The position numbers and the translations under genes were made by a program. Below are positions 20,344 through 31,608 of a stretch of DNA of 64,000 nucleotides, one piece after another. Each line of letters opens with the position of its first letter. Positions within the stretch are counted from its first letter, which is position 1. The stretch covers positions 28,338-92,337 of the forward strand of contig JAJRTY010000167.1 of assembly GCA_024278055.1 (NCBI GenBank), written 5' to 3'. The notes under the pieces were generated by a model. That model saw only the letters and a program-made list of their open reading frames with translations. It did no database searches and had not been told where the DNA came from. Source of the stretch: Alphaproteobacteria bacterium (GTDB lineage Bacteria > Pseudomonadota > Alphaproteobacteria > Rhizobiales > JAJFHR01).

Positions 20344-21258
20344 GTGTCATCAACAACAATAAAATCCGGGGACAAAACCCTGCAAGGCATCGGCTGGATG
20401 ATCCTGACCGGTCTGTTGTTTGTCACTGTTACCGGCATAGTGCGTCACCTGGGCTCACAACTACCTGCTGTTGAGGCAGCCTTTTTGCGCTATGCTATTG
20501 GACTATTATTGATTTCGCCCGCATTTTTGCGCCTGCGTCATCACCGTCCCAGTGCCGCAAACATGAAATTTTATGCCGGACGCGGTCTGGTCCACGGCAT
20601 CGCTGTTATGTTGTGGTTCTATGCCATGGCACGGATCCACATCGCAGAAGTCACAGCCATTGGCTATATCTCGCCGATTTTCGTCACTTTGGGAGCGGCT
20701 TTTTTCCTCAAGGAAAAGGTTCAGTTTCGTCGAATAATGGGTGTAGGCTTTGGCTTTATCGGTGCTTTGATTATCCTGCGCCCCGGTTTTGAAACCATAA
20801 ATCTTGGTCAACTGGCCCAGCTTGCCGCCGCCCCGCTGTTTGCCACATCCTTCCTCATGGCAAAAAAGATGACTGACAAAAACGACCCCGCAATCATCGT
20901 CGCCATGTTGACATTGTTCTGTACGCTCGTTCTGCTTCCCGGCGCCATTCTGCAATGGCGTACACCAAGTATAGACGAACTTATGTGGCTGACACTGACC
21001 GCCATTGTCGCCACCACAGGTCATTACACCTTGACCCAGGCCTTCAAGGCCGCGCCGATTACTGTCACTCAGCCGATTGCATTCTTGCAACTGGTGTGGG
21101 CCATGTTGCTGGGAATGTTTGTCTTTGGCGAACCGCTTGATTTTTATGTTATGCTCGGTGGCGGTGTCATCGTCGCAGCAGCCACCTATATTTCGCATCG
21201 CGAAGCTGTCATCGCACGCAAACAAATTACACCACCGGCACCCGCCACCAAATTGTAA
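20344..21258 (+). CDS. DMT/EamA family transporter
   Basis: About 10 TM segments; [34 protein letters not shown] start. Confidence 0.9.
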   Translation: MSSTTIKSGDKTLQGIGWMILTGLLFVTVTGIVRHLGSQLPAVEAAFLRYAIGLLLISPAFLRLRHHRPSAANMKFYAGRGLVHGIAVMLWFYAMARIHIAEVTAIGYISPIFVTLGAAFFLKEKVQFRRIMGVGFGFIGALIILRPGFETINLGQLAQLAAAPLFATSFLMAKKMTDKNDPAIIVAMLTLFCTLVLLPGAILQWRTPSIDELMWLTLTAIVATTGHYTLTQAFKAAPITVTQPIAFLQLVWAMLLGMFVFGEPLDFYVMLGGGVIVAAATYISHREAVIARKQITPPAPATKL

Positions 21259-21284
21259 AATCGATCCCTTGCAAAAAAGAACAG

Positions 21285-22049
21285 ATGAATATGGTCCACA
21301 ATAACAAAATTGCCCTTATAACCGGTGCCGGTTCAGGCATTGGAAAGCATACCGCACTGGCTTTTCTGGCTCACGATTATACCGTAATCCTGAGTGGCAG
21401 GCGCATTGCCCCCCTGAAAGCGGTGATTGAACAGGCCAATGTGGCCGATGACCGTGCCGTTGCCATATCGTGCGATGTTTCTGACCCGCTTTCTGTTTCC
21501 GCCCTGTTTGCACAAATCGAACAGCTTTATGGACGCCTGGACGTGTTATTCAACAATGCCGGTGTCAATGTTCCCACCGTCGAAATTGGTGATCTGACGT
21601 TTGAGCAATGGAAAACCGTCATCGACATTAACCTCAACGGGGCATTTCTGTGTACTCATGCAGCCTTTAACCTGATGCGCAAACAAGACCCGCAAGGCGG
21701 CCGCATCATCAACAACGGTTCGATTTCAGCCCATGTACCGCGACCGGGCTCGGCTCCCTATACCGCCTCCAAACACGCCATAACCGGCCTCACCCGGTCC
21801 ACATCGCTTGATGGCCGCGCCTACAACATTGCCTGTTCTCAAATCGATATCGGCAACGCCGCATCTGAAATGACCACAAGAATGGCTGAAGGCATTCTCC
21901 AACCCAATGGTACCATGGCACCGGAGCCAACCATGGATGTCAGACACGTGGCAAATGCCGTGGTCAATATGGCCGAACTGCCGCTGGATACCAACATTCA
22001 GTTCATGACGATCATGGCCACAAATATGCCATATATTGGGCGTGGGTAG
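21285..22049 (+). CDS. Short-chain dehydrogenase/reductase
   Basis: [26 protein letters not shown] catalytic YxxxK. Confidence 0.92.
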   Translation: MNMVHNNKIALITGAGSGIGKHTALAFLAHDYTVILSGRRIAPLKAVIEQANVADDRAVAISCDVSDPLSVSALFAQIEQLYGRLDVLFNNAGVNVPTVEIGDLTFEQWKTVIDINLNGAFLCTHAAFNLMRKQDPQGGRIINNGSISAHVPRPGSAPYTASKHAITGLTRSTSLDGRAYNIACSQIDIGNAASEMTTRMAEGILQPNGTMAPEPTMDVRHVANAVVNMAELPLDTNIQFMTIMATNMPYIGRG

Positions 22050-22102
22050 GCCGAATACCAACGCCGCCGCTCCCGGTACTGAAAAACATCCTTCAGGACT
22101 CA

Positions 22103-23719
22103 ATGTTTAAACCATTTTTTCTCACCCACCGGGCTGTTTCCATCTCGCAACTGATTGTCCTGACCGCAATCTTTATCACCCTGTTTGCCAACATATCGTT
22201 TTTTTCAAACGCATTGGAAGTCTATCCTCTTTCGCTAAAAAACGGAATTTTTCTGGCCTCTTTGGCGATGGTTTCGATTCTGTCCCAGATATTCCTGTAC
22301 TCAATTTTCAGCCACCGCCTGATCCTCAAACCCGTATTGATCTTCTTCCTGCTTGTCAGCTCCATCACCGGGTATTTCATGGATCAATATGGCATTGTGA
22401 TCGATGAAGACATGATCAACAATATCCTCAAAACCGACGCCGCAGAAGTGCGCGACCTGATCAACCTGAAACTGGGGCTTTATGTCGTGTTTCTCGGTGT
22501 GCTGCCGTCATTTTTGGTTTTTCGTCTGAAGCTGGATTTTGACAGTGACATCAGGGAAATATTCAATCGCCTGAAGCTGGTTTTTGTATCTCTCGCCATA
22601 TTGTTGACGGTCACCTTGCCACTGAGCGCACAATATGCGTCTTTCCTGCGCGAGCACAAGCCTCTGAGATATTATTTCAATCCGGGTTTTGCAGTTTATT
22701 CCACCGCCAGCTTTATTGCACCTTCTCTAAAAAACCCGACACTTCCTTTCCGCAACATTGGCAAAGATGCAAAAATACCCAAATCAGATATTAACCGTGA
22801 GCTGGTTGTCATGGTGGTTGGGGAAACAGCGCGCGCCGATCATTTTTCACTCAACGGCTACGAGCGCCAAACCAATCCGTTGCTGGCCCGCGAAAAAATC
22901 ATAAACTTCCCCGACTTCTGGTCGTGCGACACCTCAACGGCTGCCTCTGTGCCCTGCATGTTTTCGCAACAGACGCGCAAACAATATAGCCGCAGATCGG
23001 CTAACTCCACCGACAATCTGCTTGATGTCCTCAACCGTGCCGGGGTTAACGTATTGTGGCGTGACAATAATTCCAGCTCCATAGGGGTCGCGGATCGCGT
23101 AACATACGAAAATTTAAAGTCCCGTGACAACAACCCCGTTTGCGATACCGAATGTCGCGATGTCGGTATGCTGGCCAATCTTCAGGACTATATAAATGGC
23201 CGTGCCACTGGTGATATTTTTATCGTCCTGCATCAGATGGGCAATCATGGGCCCGCTTATTACCAGCGTTACCCCGCAGCCTTCAGAAAATTCACCCCGA
23301 CTTGTGATACCAACGAATTGAGTGCCTGCAGCTCGAAACTGTTGAACAACAGTTATGACAATGCAATTCTTTACACCGATTATTTCCTTTCCGAAGTTAT
23401 TAAGCTTCTGAAACAAAATGACGATAGATTCGAAACCGTAATGTTTTACGCCAGTGATCATGGCGAATCTCTGGGCGAAAATGGTATCTATCTGCACGGA
23501 CTTCCCTATTTCCTTGCACCCGATGCCCAAAAACATGTCCCGGCCCTGATGTGGTTCGGCAAAAACTCAGATGCCGAGCGCCTGAAAAATATAGAAACCA
23601 AAAAACTGACCCGCCTGTCGCACGACAATATTTTCTCAACAATTCTGGGGCTTTTCGAGATAGATTCCGGGGTCTACGACAGCAAACTCGATATACTTGA
23701 TGTTGCTGCAGAGGAATGA
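22103..23719 (+). CDS. eptA: Lipid A phosphoethanolamine transferase (EptA/MCR family)
   Basis: Five N-terminal TMs; VVGETARAD, C.TSTA.SVPCMFS, HQMGNHGPAY, YDNAILYTD, SDHGESLGE.G.YLHG. Confidence 0.93.
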   Translation: MFKPFFLTHRAVSISQLIVLTAIFITLFANISFFSNALEVYPLSLKNGIFLASLAMVSILSQIFLYSIFSHRLILKPVLIFFLLVSSITGYFMDQYGIVIDEDMINNILKTDAAEVRDLINLKLGLYVVFLGVLPSFLVFRLKLDFDSDIREIFNRLKLVFVSLAILLTVTLPLSAQYASFLREHKPLRYYFNPGFAVYSTASFIAPSLKNPTLPFRNIGKDAKIPKSDINRELVVMVVGETARADHFSLNGYERQTNPLLAREKIINFPDFWSCDTSTAASVPCMFSQQTRKQYSRRSANSTDNLLDVLNRAGVNVLWRDNNSSSIGVADRVTYENLKSRDNNPVCDTECRDVGMLANLQDYINGRATGDIFIVLHQMGNHGPAYYQRYPAAFRKFTPTCDTNELSACSSKLLNNSYDNAILYTDYFLSEVIKLLKQNDDRFETVMFYASDHGESLGENGIYLHGLPYFLAPDAQKHVPALMWFGKNSDAERLKNIETKKLTRLSHDNIFSTILGLFEIDSGVYDSKLDILDVAAEE

Positions 23720-24478
23720 TCAGGCCAATGCCTGATAGAGCATCCTGAGAGCCAGCAGCGTCAGGACAATGTTAAAGACGGTTTTGAATTTTTCTTCAGG
23801 AATACGCCACAGGATTGCACGCCCGGCCAGGGCACCAAAAAAGCCCGACACCAGCATGGCAATCAACAGACCAATCCACGGCGTGTAGATGAAGCCCAAA
23901 ATGCCAAGGGCTAGAATCTTAAAACCATGCTGCAAAACCATAATGGCGGCATGGGTCGAGACCAGTTGCTGGCGCGTCAATTCAGAGCGCGGTAGAAAAG
24001 CAGCTGTTATCGGTCCTGAAGCACCAATGAACATGGAGGCAGATGAGGCAATCACACCGCCAAAAAACAGGGATCCTTTGCCGCTGCTAAAATTTTTCAG
24101 CTTTGGCGCCCACACACTATAGAGAATGAACACACCCATGATGGTTTGCAGCACGCTGAGAGGCAACGACACCACCACCTGAGAGGCCACAAGCGTGCCC
24201 AAAAGCCCGCCAACGGAAAACCAGATAAAAATTGTGACAACCAGGTCTTTGCGTAACAAAAAAGCCCGACTGGCATTGTTGGCGGCCTGCGTTACCCCAT
24301 GCACCGGAACAATAGCTGCCACCGGCATAATATTGGCCATAATCGCCAACATCGCCAACCCGCCACCGATGCCCACAGCTGTGGTAATACCGGCCGTCAA
24401 AAAACTGGCCCCAATTAGTAAAACAGTTGTCGTCAGTGACAGGTCAGCGGGAATCAGTGCCCCATAAAAAAATTCCAT
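23720..24478 (-). CDS. TauE/SafE family sulfite exporter
   Basis: GIGGG motif, GASGP, about 8 TMs, C-terminal FKTVFNIVL.LLAL. Confidence 0.85.
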   Translation of the reverse strand: MEFFYGALIPADLSLTTTVLLIGASFLTAGITTAVGIGGGLAMLAIMANIMPVAAIVPVHGVTQAANNASRAFLLRKDLVVTIFIWFSVGGLLGTLVASQVVVSLPLSVLQTIMGVFILYSVWAPKLKNFSSGKGSLFFGGVIASSASMFIGASGPITAAFLPRSELTRQQLVSTHAAIMVLQHGFKILALGILGFIYTPWIGLLIAMLVSGFFGALAGRAILWRIPEEKFKTVFNIVLTLLALRMLYQALA

Positions 24479-24591
24479 GCGCTATTCAGTTGGTTTAAGC
24501 GGAAATAAACAACCCCGTATGACTATTCTTCTGGTGGTAATTCAAAAACCAACAGAATTCCCCGTATTTTTACTCATATCATTTCCTCCGG

Positions 24592-25920
24592 TTGATCGAT
24601 ACAGTGCCTGCCATGAGTGCCTCGACTGATCTTGCCCCCACTCCCTCAAATTCGCGACTGACCGGCTATATCGGCTGGCTGCTGGCGGCTTTGTTTTTCA
24701 GCTACGGCTGGGTCTTGCGCGTATCTCCCAGTGTGATGGTTGAGCAACTGATGCGCGATTTTGCTGTAACCGGTGCCATTATCGGCAATCTATCGGCGGT
24801 TTATTTCTATGCTTATGCCGTTCTTCAAATGCCGGTTGGTCTGGCGCACGATCGCTGGGGACCGCGCCGGGTGCTGACGGTTATGAGCCTTGTTGCAGGT
24901 AGCGGAGCTCTGGTTTTTGCCATGGCACCCTCTGTCGAGATTGCCTACATCGGCCGCGCCTTGATCGGCACCGGATCCGCCTTTGCGCTTGTCGGCTCGA
25001 TGGTGCTGGCATCACGATGGCTCCCGCAAAGGAATTTTGCATTTTTTACCGGCATCGCCTTGTCTATCGGCCTGCTTGGCGGTGCCGCCGGTCAAGGCCC
25101 GCTGGCCTTTCTGGTTCAGATGCTGGGCTGGCGCGAAGCAATGACGATAGTGGCTGGTGGCGCTGTTGTCCTGTCGCTGCTGATCTGGATCCTGACCCGC
25201 GATCACCCTCCCCAAAGCCCGCTTAAAAAGCCTCCTTCAACAGAAAAACCAGTTGGCGCCCTGGCAGCTTTGTGGCAGGTGGCCCGCAACCGCCAGACCG
25301 TTTACGTCTCCATGTTCGCCTGTCTGGTGGGCGCACCCTCACTGGCCTTTGGCGCACTTGGGGGCGTGCCTTATACTATGCAGGCTTTTGACATATCGCG
25401 CACGGAAGCTGCCTTTTCCATGTCGTTCACGCTTTTTGGCTGGATGATCGGTGGGCCGTTCTGGGGCTGGATTTCAGATCGCCTCCAGCGTCGCAAACTC
25501 CCCATTATTATCGGGGCGCTTATCACCACCTCAAGCATGGCAGCCGCCATCTACATGCCTGGCATTAATCTGGAACTGTTTCGAATTTTCCTGTTTATCA
25601 ACGGGTTTGCCGCCGGTACCATGGCCATCAGCTACGCCCTCATCAAAGAACACAATGCCGGCAACGGGTCAGGTGCCGCCATGGGGCTTGTCAATATGAT
25701 GGCGGTTGCAGGCGGTGCAATTTTTCAGCCCATTGTCGGGCTTCTGCTCGATAACCAGTGGCAGGGCGTTTTGGTGGATGGCGCACGCATCTATTCGCAA
25801 GAGGCTTACGCCAATGCCTTCATTCTTCTTCCCACGCTCTATTTCGGCAGTCTGGTGTTTGGCCTGTGCATCAGGGAAACCCATGGGCGACCGGTTATAA
25901 AAGCGAGGCTGGAAAAATAG
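24592..25920 (+). CDS. MFS transporter
   Basis: About 12 TMs; GLAHDRWGPRR and GWISDRLQRRK motif A. Alternative start ATG 24613. Confidence 0.9.
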   Translation: MIDTVPAMSASTDLAPTPSNSRLTGYIGWLLAALFFSYGWVLRVSPSVMVEQLMRDFAVTGAIIGNLSAVYFYAYAVLQMPVGLAHDRWGPRRVLTVMSLVAGSGALVFAMAPSVEIAYIGRALIGTGSAFALVGSMVLASRWLPQRNFAFFTGIALSIGLLGGAAGQGPLAFLVQMLGWREAMTIVAGGAVVLSLLIWILTRDHPPQSPLKKPPSTEKPVGALAALWQVARNRQTVYVSMFACLVGAPSLAFGALGGVPYTMQAFDISRTEAAFSMSFTLFGWMIGGPFWGWISDRLQRRKLPIIIGALITTSSMAAAIYMPGINLELFRIFLFINGFAAGTMAISYALIKEHNAGNGSGAAMGLVNMMAVAGGAIFQPIVGLLLDNQWQGVLVDGARIYSQEAYANAFILLPTLYFGSLVFGLCIRETHGRPVIKARLEK

Positions 25921-25935
25921 GCAGTGAAATTCTTC

Positions 25936-26095
25936 AAAGCCCCTCCTCCTTGTGGGGAGGGGTTGGGGTGGGGGTCTTCTTAAACTTCAACTTCTCATAA
26001 GGTGCTGATTAACAAGATCAGTGTGAATGCGCCAAGGCGCATACTTGACCTCTTTACCCCCCACCCTCAATCCCTCCCCACAAGGAGGAGGGAGG
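25936..26095. repeat. REPIN-like element copy 1 (inverted ~40-bp REP arms around an ~80-bp spacer)
   Basis: Left arm CCCCTCCTCCTTGTGGGGAGGGGTTGGGGTGGGGGT is nearly the reverse complement of the right arm ACCCCCCACCCTCAATCCCTCCCCACAAGGAGGAGGG. Second copy at 58701-58853. Confidence 0.85.
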
Positions 26096-26172
26096 CAGAT
26101 TGGCACTTAACCGAAACAGCAGTGGCCCAAAGCCGGGACGGTGCGGGGTATTCCAAATAACCCAATCCCACT

Positions 26173-26694
26173 TTAAAGCGAAGTAGCCGCTCTTGCCGCC
26201 TGATCATATTGCCCCGATAAAGCTCGCAACAGACCGGCCAACCGCGTCAGGTCTTCGCGGTTTATATTGAGGCTTTCGAGTGAGGAAATGAGGCATTTTT
26301 CGCGAATATCGCGGTAGCGCTCACAGGCCTTTTTTCCTTCATCCGTAGTTTGGGAATATTTTTCCTTACCCTGGCGAGTGGATGCAATAAACCCGGATTT
26401 TTCCAGTTTTTTAAGGGCGTAGGTCACCGTATGGGTATCTTCCAGATTTAACATCAGGCAGATATCGGCCAGACGCTTGGCGCGGGCGCGGTGATTGACA
26501 ACATGCAGCACCAGCACATCCAGAGAACTCAAATCTGCAATTCCGCTTGCCGTCATGGCCCGCACACACCAGCGCTGATAGGAATTGACCGCAATGTTCA
26601 TTGCAAATTCAACCTCGCTCAATTCAGGAACTTCCGAATTCGCCAGATGTGCCGATGACACAATCGGCTCATGTTTGTTTTCTTGTCCGCTCAT
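26173..26694 (-). CDS. MarR-type winged-helix regulator
   Basis: IVSSAHLA, LSEVEFA, HTVTYALKKLEK.G; divergent from the oxoprolinase gene. Confidence 0.85.
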   Translation of the reverse strand: MSGQENKHEPIVSSAHLANSEVPELSEVEFAMNIAVNSYQRWCVRAMTASGIADLSSLDVLVLHVVNHRARAKRLADICLMLNLEDTHTVTYALKKLEKSGFIASTRQGKEKYSQTTDEGKKACERYRDIREKCLISSLESLNINREDLTRLAGLLRALSGQYDQAARAATSL

Positions 26695-26746
26695 TGATGC
26701 AACTCCAGGTTCTATTTTGATTATGTTAAAACCATAAACATGATTT

Positions 26747-26818
26747 GTCGATAAATTATTGACGTTTTATATTTTATATGTTTTCTGGAGTGAACTTCTC
26801 CCTCAACGAATTACTGAC
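26747..26818. promoter_or_regulatory. Putative MarR operators between the regulator and the oxoprolinase
   Basis: Imperfect 17-bp palindrome GTCGATAA-A-TTATTGAC (26747-26763) and degenerate copy CTCAACGA-A-TTACTGAC (26802-26818). Confidence 0.5.
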
Positions 26819-26821
26819 AAT

Positions 26822-29800
26822 ATGACCGATAAAATTCAAGCAGATGCAAAGTGGGAATTCTGGATTGACCGTGGCGGCACCTTCACCGACATCGTCGCAC
26901 TGACACCCGGTGGCGAGATAAAAGCGCACAAACTACTCTCGGAAAACCCCGATGTTTATCGCGATGCAGCTGTAGCGGGCATCCGGCATTTCCTCAAACT
27001 TGACGATGCCGAGGTCATTCCCCCGGCATTAATCCGCGCCGTTAAAATGGGCACCACGGTTGCCACCAACGCGCTGCTGGAACGTCAGGGCGATGCCACT
27101 GTTCTGGTCACCACAACAGGGTTTCGCGATGGCTTGAAAATCGGCTATCAGGCCCGGCCGAGAATTTTCGACCGCCACATCATCAAGCCGGAAATGCTGT
27201 TTGATGACGTAATTGAAGTAGACGAACGCGTCACCGCCAATGGTGAAATCGACACCCCGCTGAATATTGAAAAAGCCCGCACAGACCTGCAACGCGCCTA
27301 TGACAGCGGCATTCGCTGTGCAGCAATCGTCTTTGTCCACGGCTATCGTTATCACGCCCATGAATTGCGCGTGGCTGAACTGGCAGAAGAAATCGGTTTT
27401 ACCCAAATATCAGTGAGCCACAAGGTCTCCGCCTTGATGAAATATGTCAGCCGTGGCGATACCACCGTGGTTGATGCCTATCTCTCGCCCATTCTGCGGC
27501 GTTATGTGCAACAGGTGGCGTCCGAATTATCCGGCGGCAGCGAAACAGAAGCTGCCCCCAAACTCATGTTCATGCAGTCCAATGGCGGGCTGACCTCAGC
27601 CGGTCTTTTTCAGGGCAAGGATGCCATATTGTCCGGTCCTGCCGGTGGCGTCGTCGGCGCTGTTAAAACCAGTGCAATGGCCGGTTTTGATAGTATCATC
27701 GGCTTCGATATGGGCGGCACCTCAACTGACGTGTCGCATTATAATGGCCACTACGAGCGCACCTTTGAGACCGAGGTTGCCGGTGTGCGCATGCGCGCAC
27801 CGATGATGCTGATCCACACGGTAGCTGCCGGTGGTGGCTCGATTTTACAATTTGACGGTGCGCGTTTTCGCGTCGGCCCGCAATCAGCCGGTGCCAGTCC
27901 CGGCCCCAAATGCTACCGTAAATCAGGCCCATTGACGATTACCGATGCCAACCTGATGCTGGGCAAGCTGAACGCTGATTATTTCCCGGAAATCTTCGGG
28001 CCCAATGCTGACCAGCCCCTCGATGCAGCCGTTGTGAAACAGGCATTTGAGGAGATGGCAAAGGAAGTTGGCGATGGCCGCACACCTGAAGATGTGGCTG
28101 AAGGGTTTTTAAAAATCGCCATTGAAAACATGGCCCAGGCAATCAAGAAAATTTCAGTCCAGCGCGGCTATGATGTCACCTCATACACGCTGTCGTGTTT
28201 CGGCGGGGCCGGTGGCCAGCATGCCTGCCTGGTGGCTGATGCACTTGGCATGAAACGCATTCTCATTCATCCTCTCGCCGGCATTCTGTCGGCTTACGGC
28301 ATGGGGTTGGCTGATATTTCCGCCAGCCGCAGCGAGGCAATCGAACTGCCGCTGGGTGATGAAGGCCTTGTCGAAGTAAAACGCGCCATAGATGAACTGG
28401 CCACCCTCAACCGCGATGAACTGGAAGCCCAGGGCATTGATGAAGCCCATACCAACACCACCATGCACGCGCATTTGCGCTATGAAGGCACCGACACAGC
28501 CCTGCTGATTGCCACCGCCACCAAAGCCATCATGCGCGAGAACTTTGAAATCGCTCACAAAAACCAATTCGGATTTATCACCCCGGAAAAACAAATCATC
28601 ATTGAGGCCCTGACAGTGGAAACCACCGGCGGCGGCTCAAAAATTGAGGAGCCTGACTTCGAAACTGTCACCGCAACACCTGAAGCAGCATCAACTACAA
28701 AAATCTTTGCCAATGGCAGCTGGCATGACGCCCCGATTTACAATCTCGAAAACCTCGAACCCGGCCACACAATGCACGGCCCTGCCCTGATAATCGAACC
28801 CCATGGCTCGATCGTGATTGAGCACGGCTGGACCACGCGTATCACGCCAAAGCGCCATCTGGTAATGGAACGTCACCAGGAACTCGAACGCATCTCTGCC
28901 ATCGGCACCAAAGCCGACCCGGTGATGCTCGAAATCTTCAACAATCTGTTCATGTCAATTGCCGAACAAATGGGTATTACCCTGCAAAACACGGCGTATT
29001 CGGTCAACATCAAGGAACGGCTTGATTTTTCCTGCGCGGTTTTCAACAAAGACGGCACCCTGATTGCCAACGCCCCGCACATGCCGGTTCATCTCGGCTC
29101 CATGGACCGCAGTGTTGAAACCATCATCGAGCAAAACGACAATATGCAGCCCGGCGACGTCTATGTGCTCAATGCACCGTATAATGGCGGCACCCATCTG
29201 CCCGACATCACCGTCATAACCCCGGTGTTTGACGATGCGGCAAAAGACATCCTCTATTATGTCGCCAGTCGCGGCCACCACGCTGATGTCGGCGGCATGG
29301 CGCCGGGCTCCATGACCCCGCGCGCCACCCACATATTGCAGGAAGGCGTGTTGATTGACAATTTCAAGATGGTTGATCAAGGCGTGTTTCAGGAAAAAGC
29401 CCTGTTTGATATTCTAACGTCGGGACAATACCCCTGCCGCAATCCCGCCCAGAATGTTGCCGATTTAAAAGCCCAGGTTGCCGCCAATGAAAAAGGCGTG
29501 GTTGAATTGCGCAAGATGGTTAAACACTTCGGCCTCGACGTTGTTCATGCCTATATGGATCATGTACAGGACAATGCCGAAGAAAGCGTGCGCCGCGTAA
29601 TTGATGCACTCACACCGTCCGAATTTACTTATGAAATGGATCAGGGCAGCCAGATACAGGTCAAAATCACCGTCGACCGGAAAACCCGCTCTGCCACCGT
29701 CGATTTTACCGGAACCAGCCCCCAGCAGGCCAGTAACTTCAATGCCCCGCGCCCGGTAACACGCGCTGCCGTCCTTTATGTGTTCAGGTGCATGGTCAAT

Positions 29801-30442
29801 GACAACATCCCCATGAATGCCGGTTGCCTCAAACCCATAAAGATCATCATCCCCGATGATTGCATGCTGGCACCAAAATATCCCGCCGCCGTGGTTGCCG
29901 GAAATGTGGAGGTATCGCAAGCCGTCACCGATACATTGTTCGGTGCTCTGGGAGCCATGGCCGCCGCCCAGGGGACCATGAACAACCTCAATTTCGGCAA
30001 TGATACTTACCAGTATTACGAGACCATTTGCGGTGGCTCAGGTGCCGGGCCGGACCACGATGGCACCAGCGCCGTCCACACCCACATGACCAACACCCGC
30101 CTCACCGACCCTGAAATTCTTGAGTGGCGCTATCCGGTGTTGCTGGAAAGTTTTGAAATCCGCGAAGGCTCCGGTGGCAGAGGCGCGTTCAACGGAGGTG
30201 ACGGCACTTTACGCAAAATTAGCTTCAACCAGAAAATGGACTTATCCTTACTCACCGGTCACCGCCGCATCCCACCTTTTGGTCTCAATGGTGGCAACAA
30301 CGGTCAATGCGGTAAAAACTCGGTGCGCCGTAAAGATGGTACAATTGAAGAATTACAAGGCTGTGATCAAACCGTGGTCGAAGCTGGCGACACCATCATC
30401 ATCCAAACCCCCACCGGCGGCGGCTATGGGGCCGAAAAATGA
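26822..30442 (+). CDS. Fused hydantoinase A/B-type ATP-dependent 5-oxoprolinase (OplA-like)
   Basis: [59 protein letters not shown]; about 1206 aa. Confidence 0.93.
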   Translation: MTDKIQADAKWEFWIDRGGTFTDIVALTPGGEIKAHKLLSENPDVYRDAAVAGIRHFLKLDDAEVIPPALIRAVKMGTTVATNALLERQGDATVLVTTTGFRDGLKIGYQARPRIFDRHIIKPEMLFDDVIEVDERVTANGEIDTPLNIEKARTDLQRAYDSGIRCAAIVFVHGYRYHAHELRVAELAEEIGFTQISVSHKVSALMKYVSRGDTTVVDAYLSPILRRYVQQVASELSGGSETEAAPKLMFMQSNGGLTSAGLFQGKDAILSGPAGGVVGAVKTSAMAGFDSIIGFDMGGTSTDVSHYNGHYERTFETEVAGVRMRAPMMLIHTVAAGGGSILQFDGARFRVGPQSAGASPGPKCYRKSGPLTITDANLMLGKLNADYFPEIFGPNADQPLDAAVVKQAFEEMAKEVGDGRTPEDVAEGFLKIAIENMAQAIKKISVQRGYDVTSYTLSCFGGAGGQHACLVADALGMKRILIHPLAGILSAYGMGLADISASRSEAIELPLGDEGLVEVKRAIDELATLNRDELEAQGIDEAHTNTTMHAHLRYEGTDTALLIATATKAIMRENFEIAHKNQFGFITPEKQIIIEALTVETTGGGSKIEEPDFETVTATPEAASTTKIFANGSWHDAPIYNLENLEPGHTMHGPALIIEPHGSIVIEHGWTTRITPKRHLVMERHQELERISAIGTKADPVMLEIFNNLFMSIAEQMGITLQNTAYSVNIKERLDFSCAVFNKDGTLIANAPHMPVHLGSMDRSVETIIEQNDNMQPGDVYVLNAPYNGGTHLPDITVITPVFDDAAKDILYYVASRGHHADVGGMAPGSMTPRATHILQEGVLIDNFKMVDQGVFQEKALFDILTSGQYPCRNPAQNVADLKAQVAANEKGVVELRKMVKHFGLDVVHAYMDHVQDNAEESVRRVIDALTPSEFTYEMDQGSQIQVKITVDRKTRSATVDFTGTSPQQASNFNAPRPVTRAAVLYVFRCMVNDNIPMNAGCLKPIKIIIPDDCMLAPKYPAAVVAGNVEVSQAVTDTLFGALGAMAAAQGTMNNLNFGNDTYQYYETICGGSGAGPDHDGTSAVHTHMTNTRLTDPEILEWRYPVLLESFEIREGSGGRGAFNGGDGTLRKISFNQKMDLSLLTGHRRIPPFGLNGGNNGQCGKNSVRRKDGTIEELQGCDQTVVEAGDTIIIQTPTGGGYGAEK

Positions 30443-30467
30443 ATGAAACCAAAACAGGGGATTTCTC

Positions 30468-31160
30468 ATGACCAACATACTGATCACCGGTGCCAACCGT
30501 GGTATCGGACTTGAATTGACCCGCTGTTATATTGCCCGCGGCGACACGGTTATCGCCTGTTGTCGCTCGCCACAAAAGGCTGAGGATCTTCACCAGATTA
30601 AAGAAAATGCCGACGACAGTATAATCATTCATGAACTTGATGTGACGGACGCAAATTCCATCACTGCCCTGAAGGCCTCTCTTGGCTCTATGACAATTGA
30701 TATTCTTATCAATAATGCCGGTATCATCAGCCCCAGGATCCAGTCCACCCGGGAAATGGATTTTGACGGGTTTTTAGAAACACTTAACGTCAACACCTTG
30801 TCACCGCTGCGTATGCTACAGGCCTTTATCGGCCCGTTGAAAGCATCATCTGCGCCTAAAGCCATCACAATTTCCAGTGATATGGGCTCGTTCACCAGCC
30901 CTTCCACTGACAGAATTGCCTATCGCACCTCAAAAGCCGCCGTCAACCGCATCATGTGTGCCGCTGCACAGGATTTGAAATCCGAGAACATTATCATAGC
31001 CCTCATACACCCAGGCTGGGTCAAGACAGATATGGGCGGTTCCAGTGCCCCAATCACACCGCCTCAAAGTGCTGCGGGTGTGGTCAAGGTCATTGATAAT
31101 CTGAATATTGATGCTTCAGGTGGGTTTTTTGCCTGGGACGGATCAACAATCGCGTGGTAG
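30468..31160 (+). CDS. Short-chain dehydrogenase/reductase (CsgA/C-factor-like)
   Basis: ITGANRGIGLE, INNAG, YRTSKAA, HPGWVKTDMGG. Confidence 0.9.
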   Translation: MTNILITGANRGIGLELTRCYIARGDTVIACCRSPQKAEDLHQIKENADDSIIIHELDVTDANSITALKASLGSMTIDILINNAGIISPRIQSTREMDFDGFLETLNVNTLSPLRMLQAFIGPLKASSAPKAITISSDMGSFTSPSTDRIAYRTSKAAVNRIMCAAAQDLKSENIIIALIHPGWVKTDMGGSSAPITPPQSAAGVVKVIDNLNIDASGGFFAWDGSTIAW

Positions 31161-31423
31161 GTAATTTTTTGCACACTTTTGACAACAAAAAACAAAAAAA
31201 TCTGAAACCGTTTACATTTTTATAGATTAAGAAAGACCCATTGAATACTACATAAAACAAACAATGGCTTAAGTGTCGGTTCTGTATTTCCACTTCATTT
31301 ATCAAAATCACCCTTCATAGGGCAATACTCATAGAAACCACCCTGCGATGAAGATTTTCTTATTCCCTTATGGGCAAATCAGTATAGAATGAAAGCTACA
31401 AACCCGAAAAAGAGGAGTATGTC

Positions 31424-31507
31424 ATGGATTTTTCTCGCAAGTTAACCGCAATTACGATCCTTGTCGTTTTCGTTTTCGTGTCTGCCATTGTCGCGGGCCT
31501 GATTTAA
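31424..31507 (+). CDS. Putative 27-aa single-TM small protein
   Basis: MDFSRKLTAITILVVFVFVSAIVAGLI*; AGAGGAG RBS 6 nt upstream; AT-rich upstream region. Confidence 0.55.
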   Translation: MDFSRKLTAITILVVFVFVSAIVAGLI

Positions 31508-31585
31508 GCCCCCACGCGAAGCACAGGATGTTTTGTGGCAGTTAAATAATCACAATAAAAACAATAGCCTACAGCAAGTAACCAG

Positions 31586-31607
31586 CGCTGCAACTTCGGT
31601 TGCAGCG
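31586..31607. terminator. Hairpin, probable terminator between convergent units
   Basis: Perfect 9-bp stem CGCTGCAAC-TTCG-GTTGCAGCG right after the amidinotransferase stop; no clear U-tract. Confidence 0.55.
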
Positions 31608-31608
31608 T

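Noticed and set aside
20506-21225. Long antisense ORFs (e.g. 20506-21225, 11491-11979, 38735-39220)
   Set aside because: Shadow frames opposite well-supported genes, with no motifs.
26759-26821. Upstream starts from the ORF track (also 4577, 37249, 43777, 50406, 52843, 54122)
   Set aside because: The extensions run through operators or neighbouring genes; downstream starts fit RBS position and family N-termini better.
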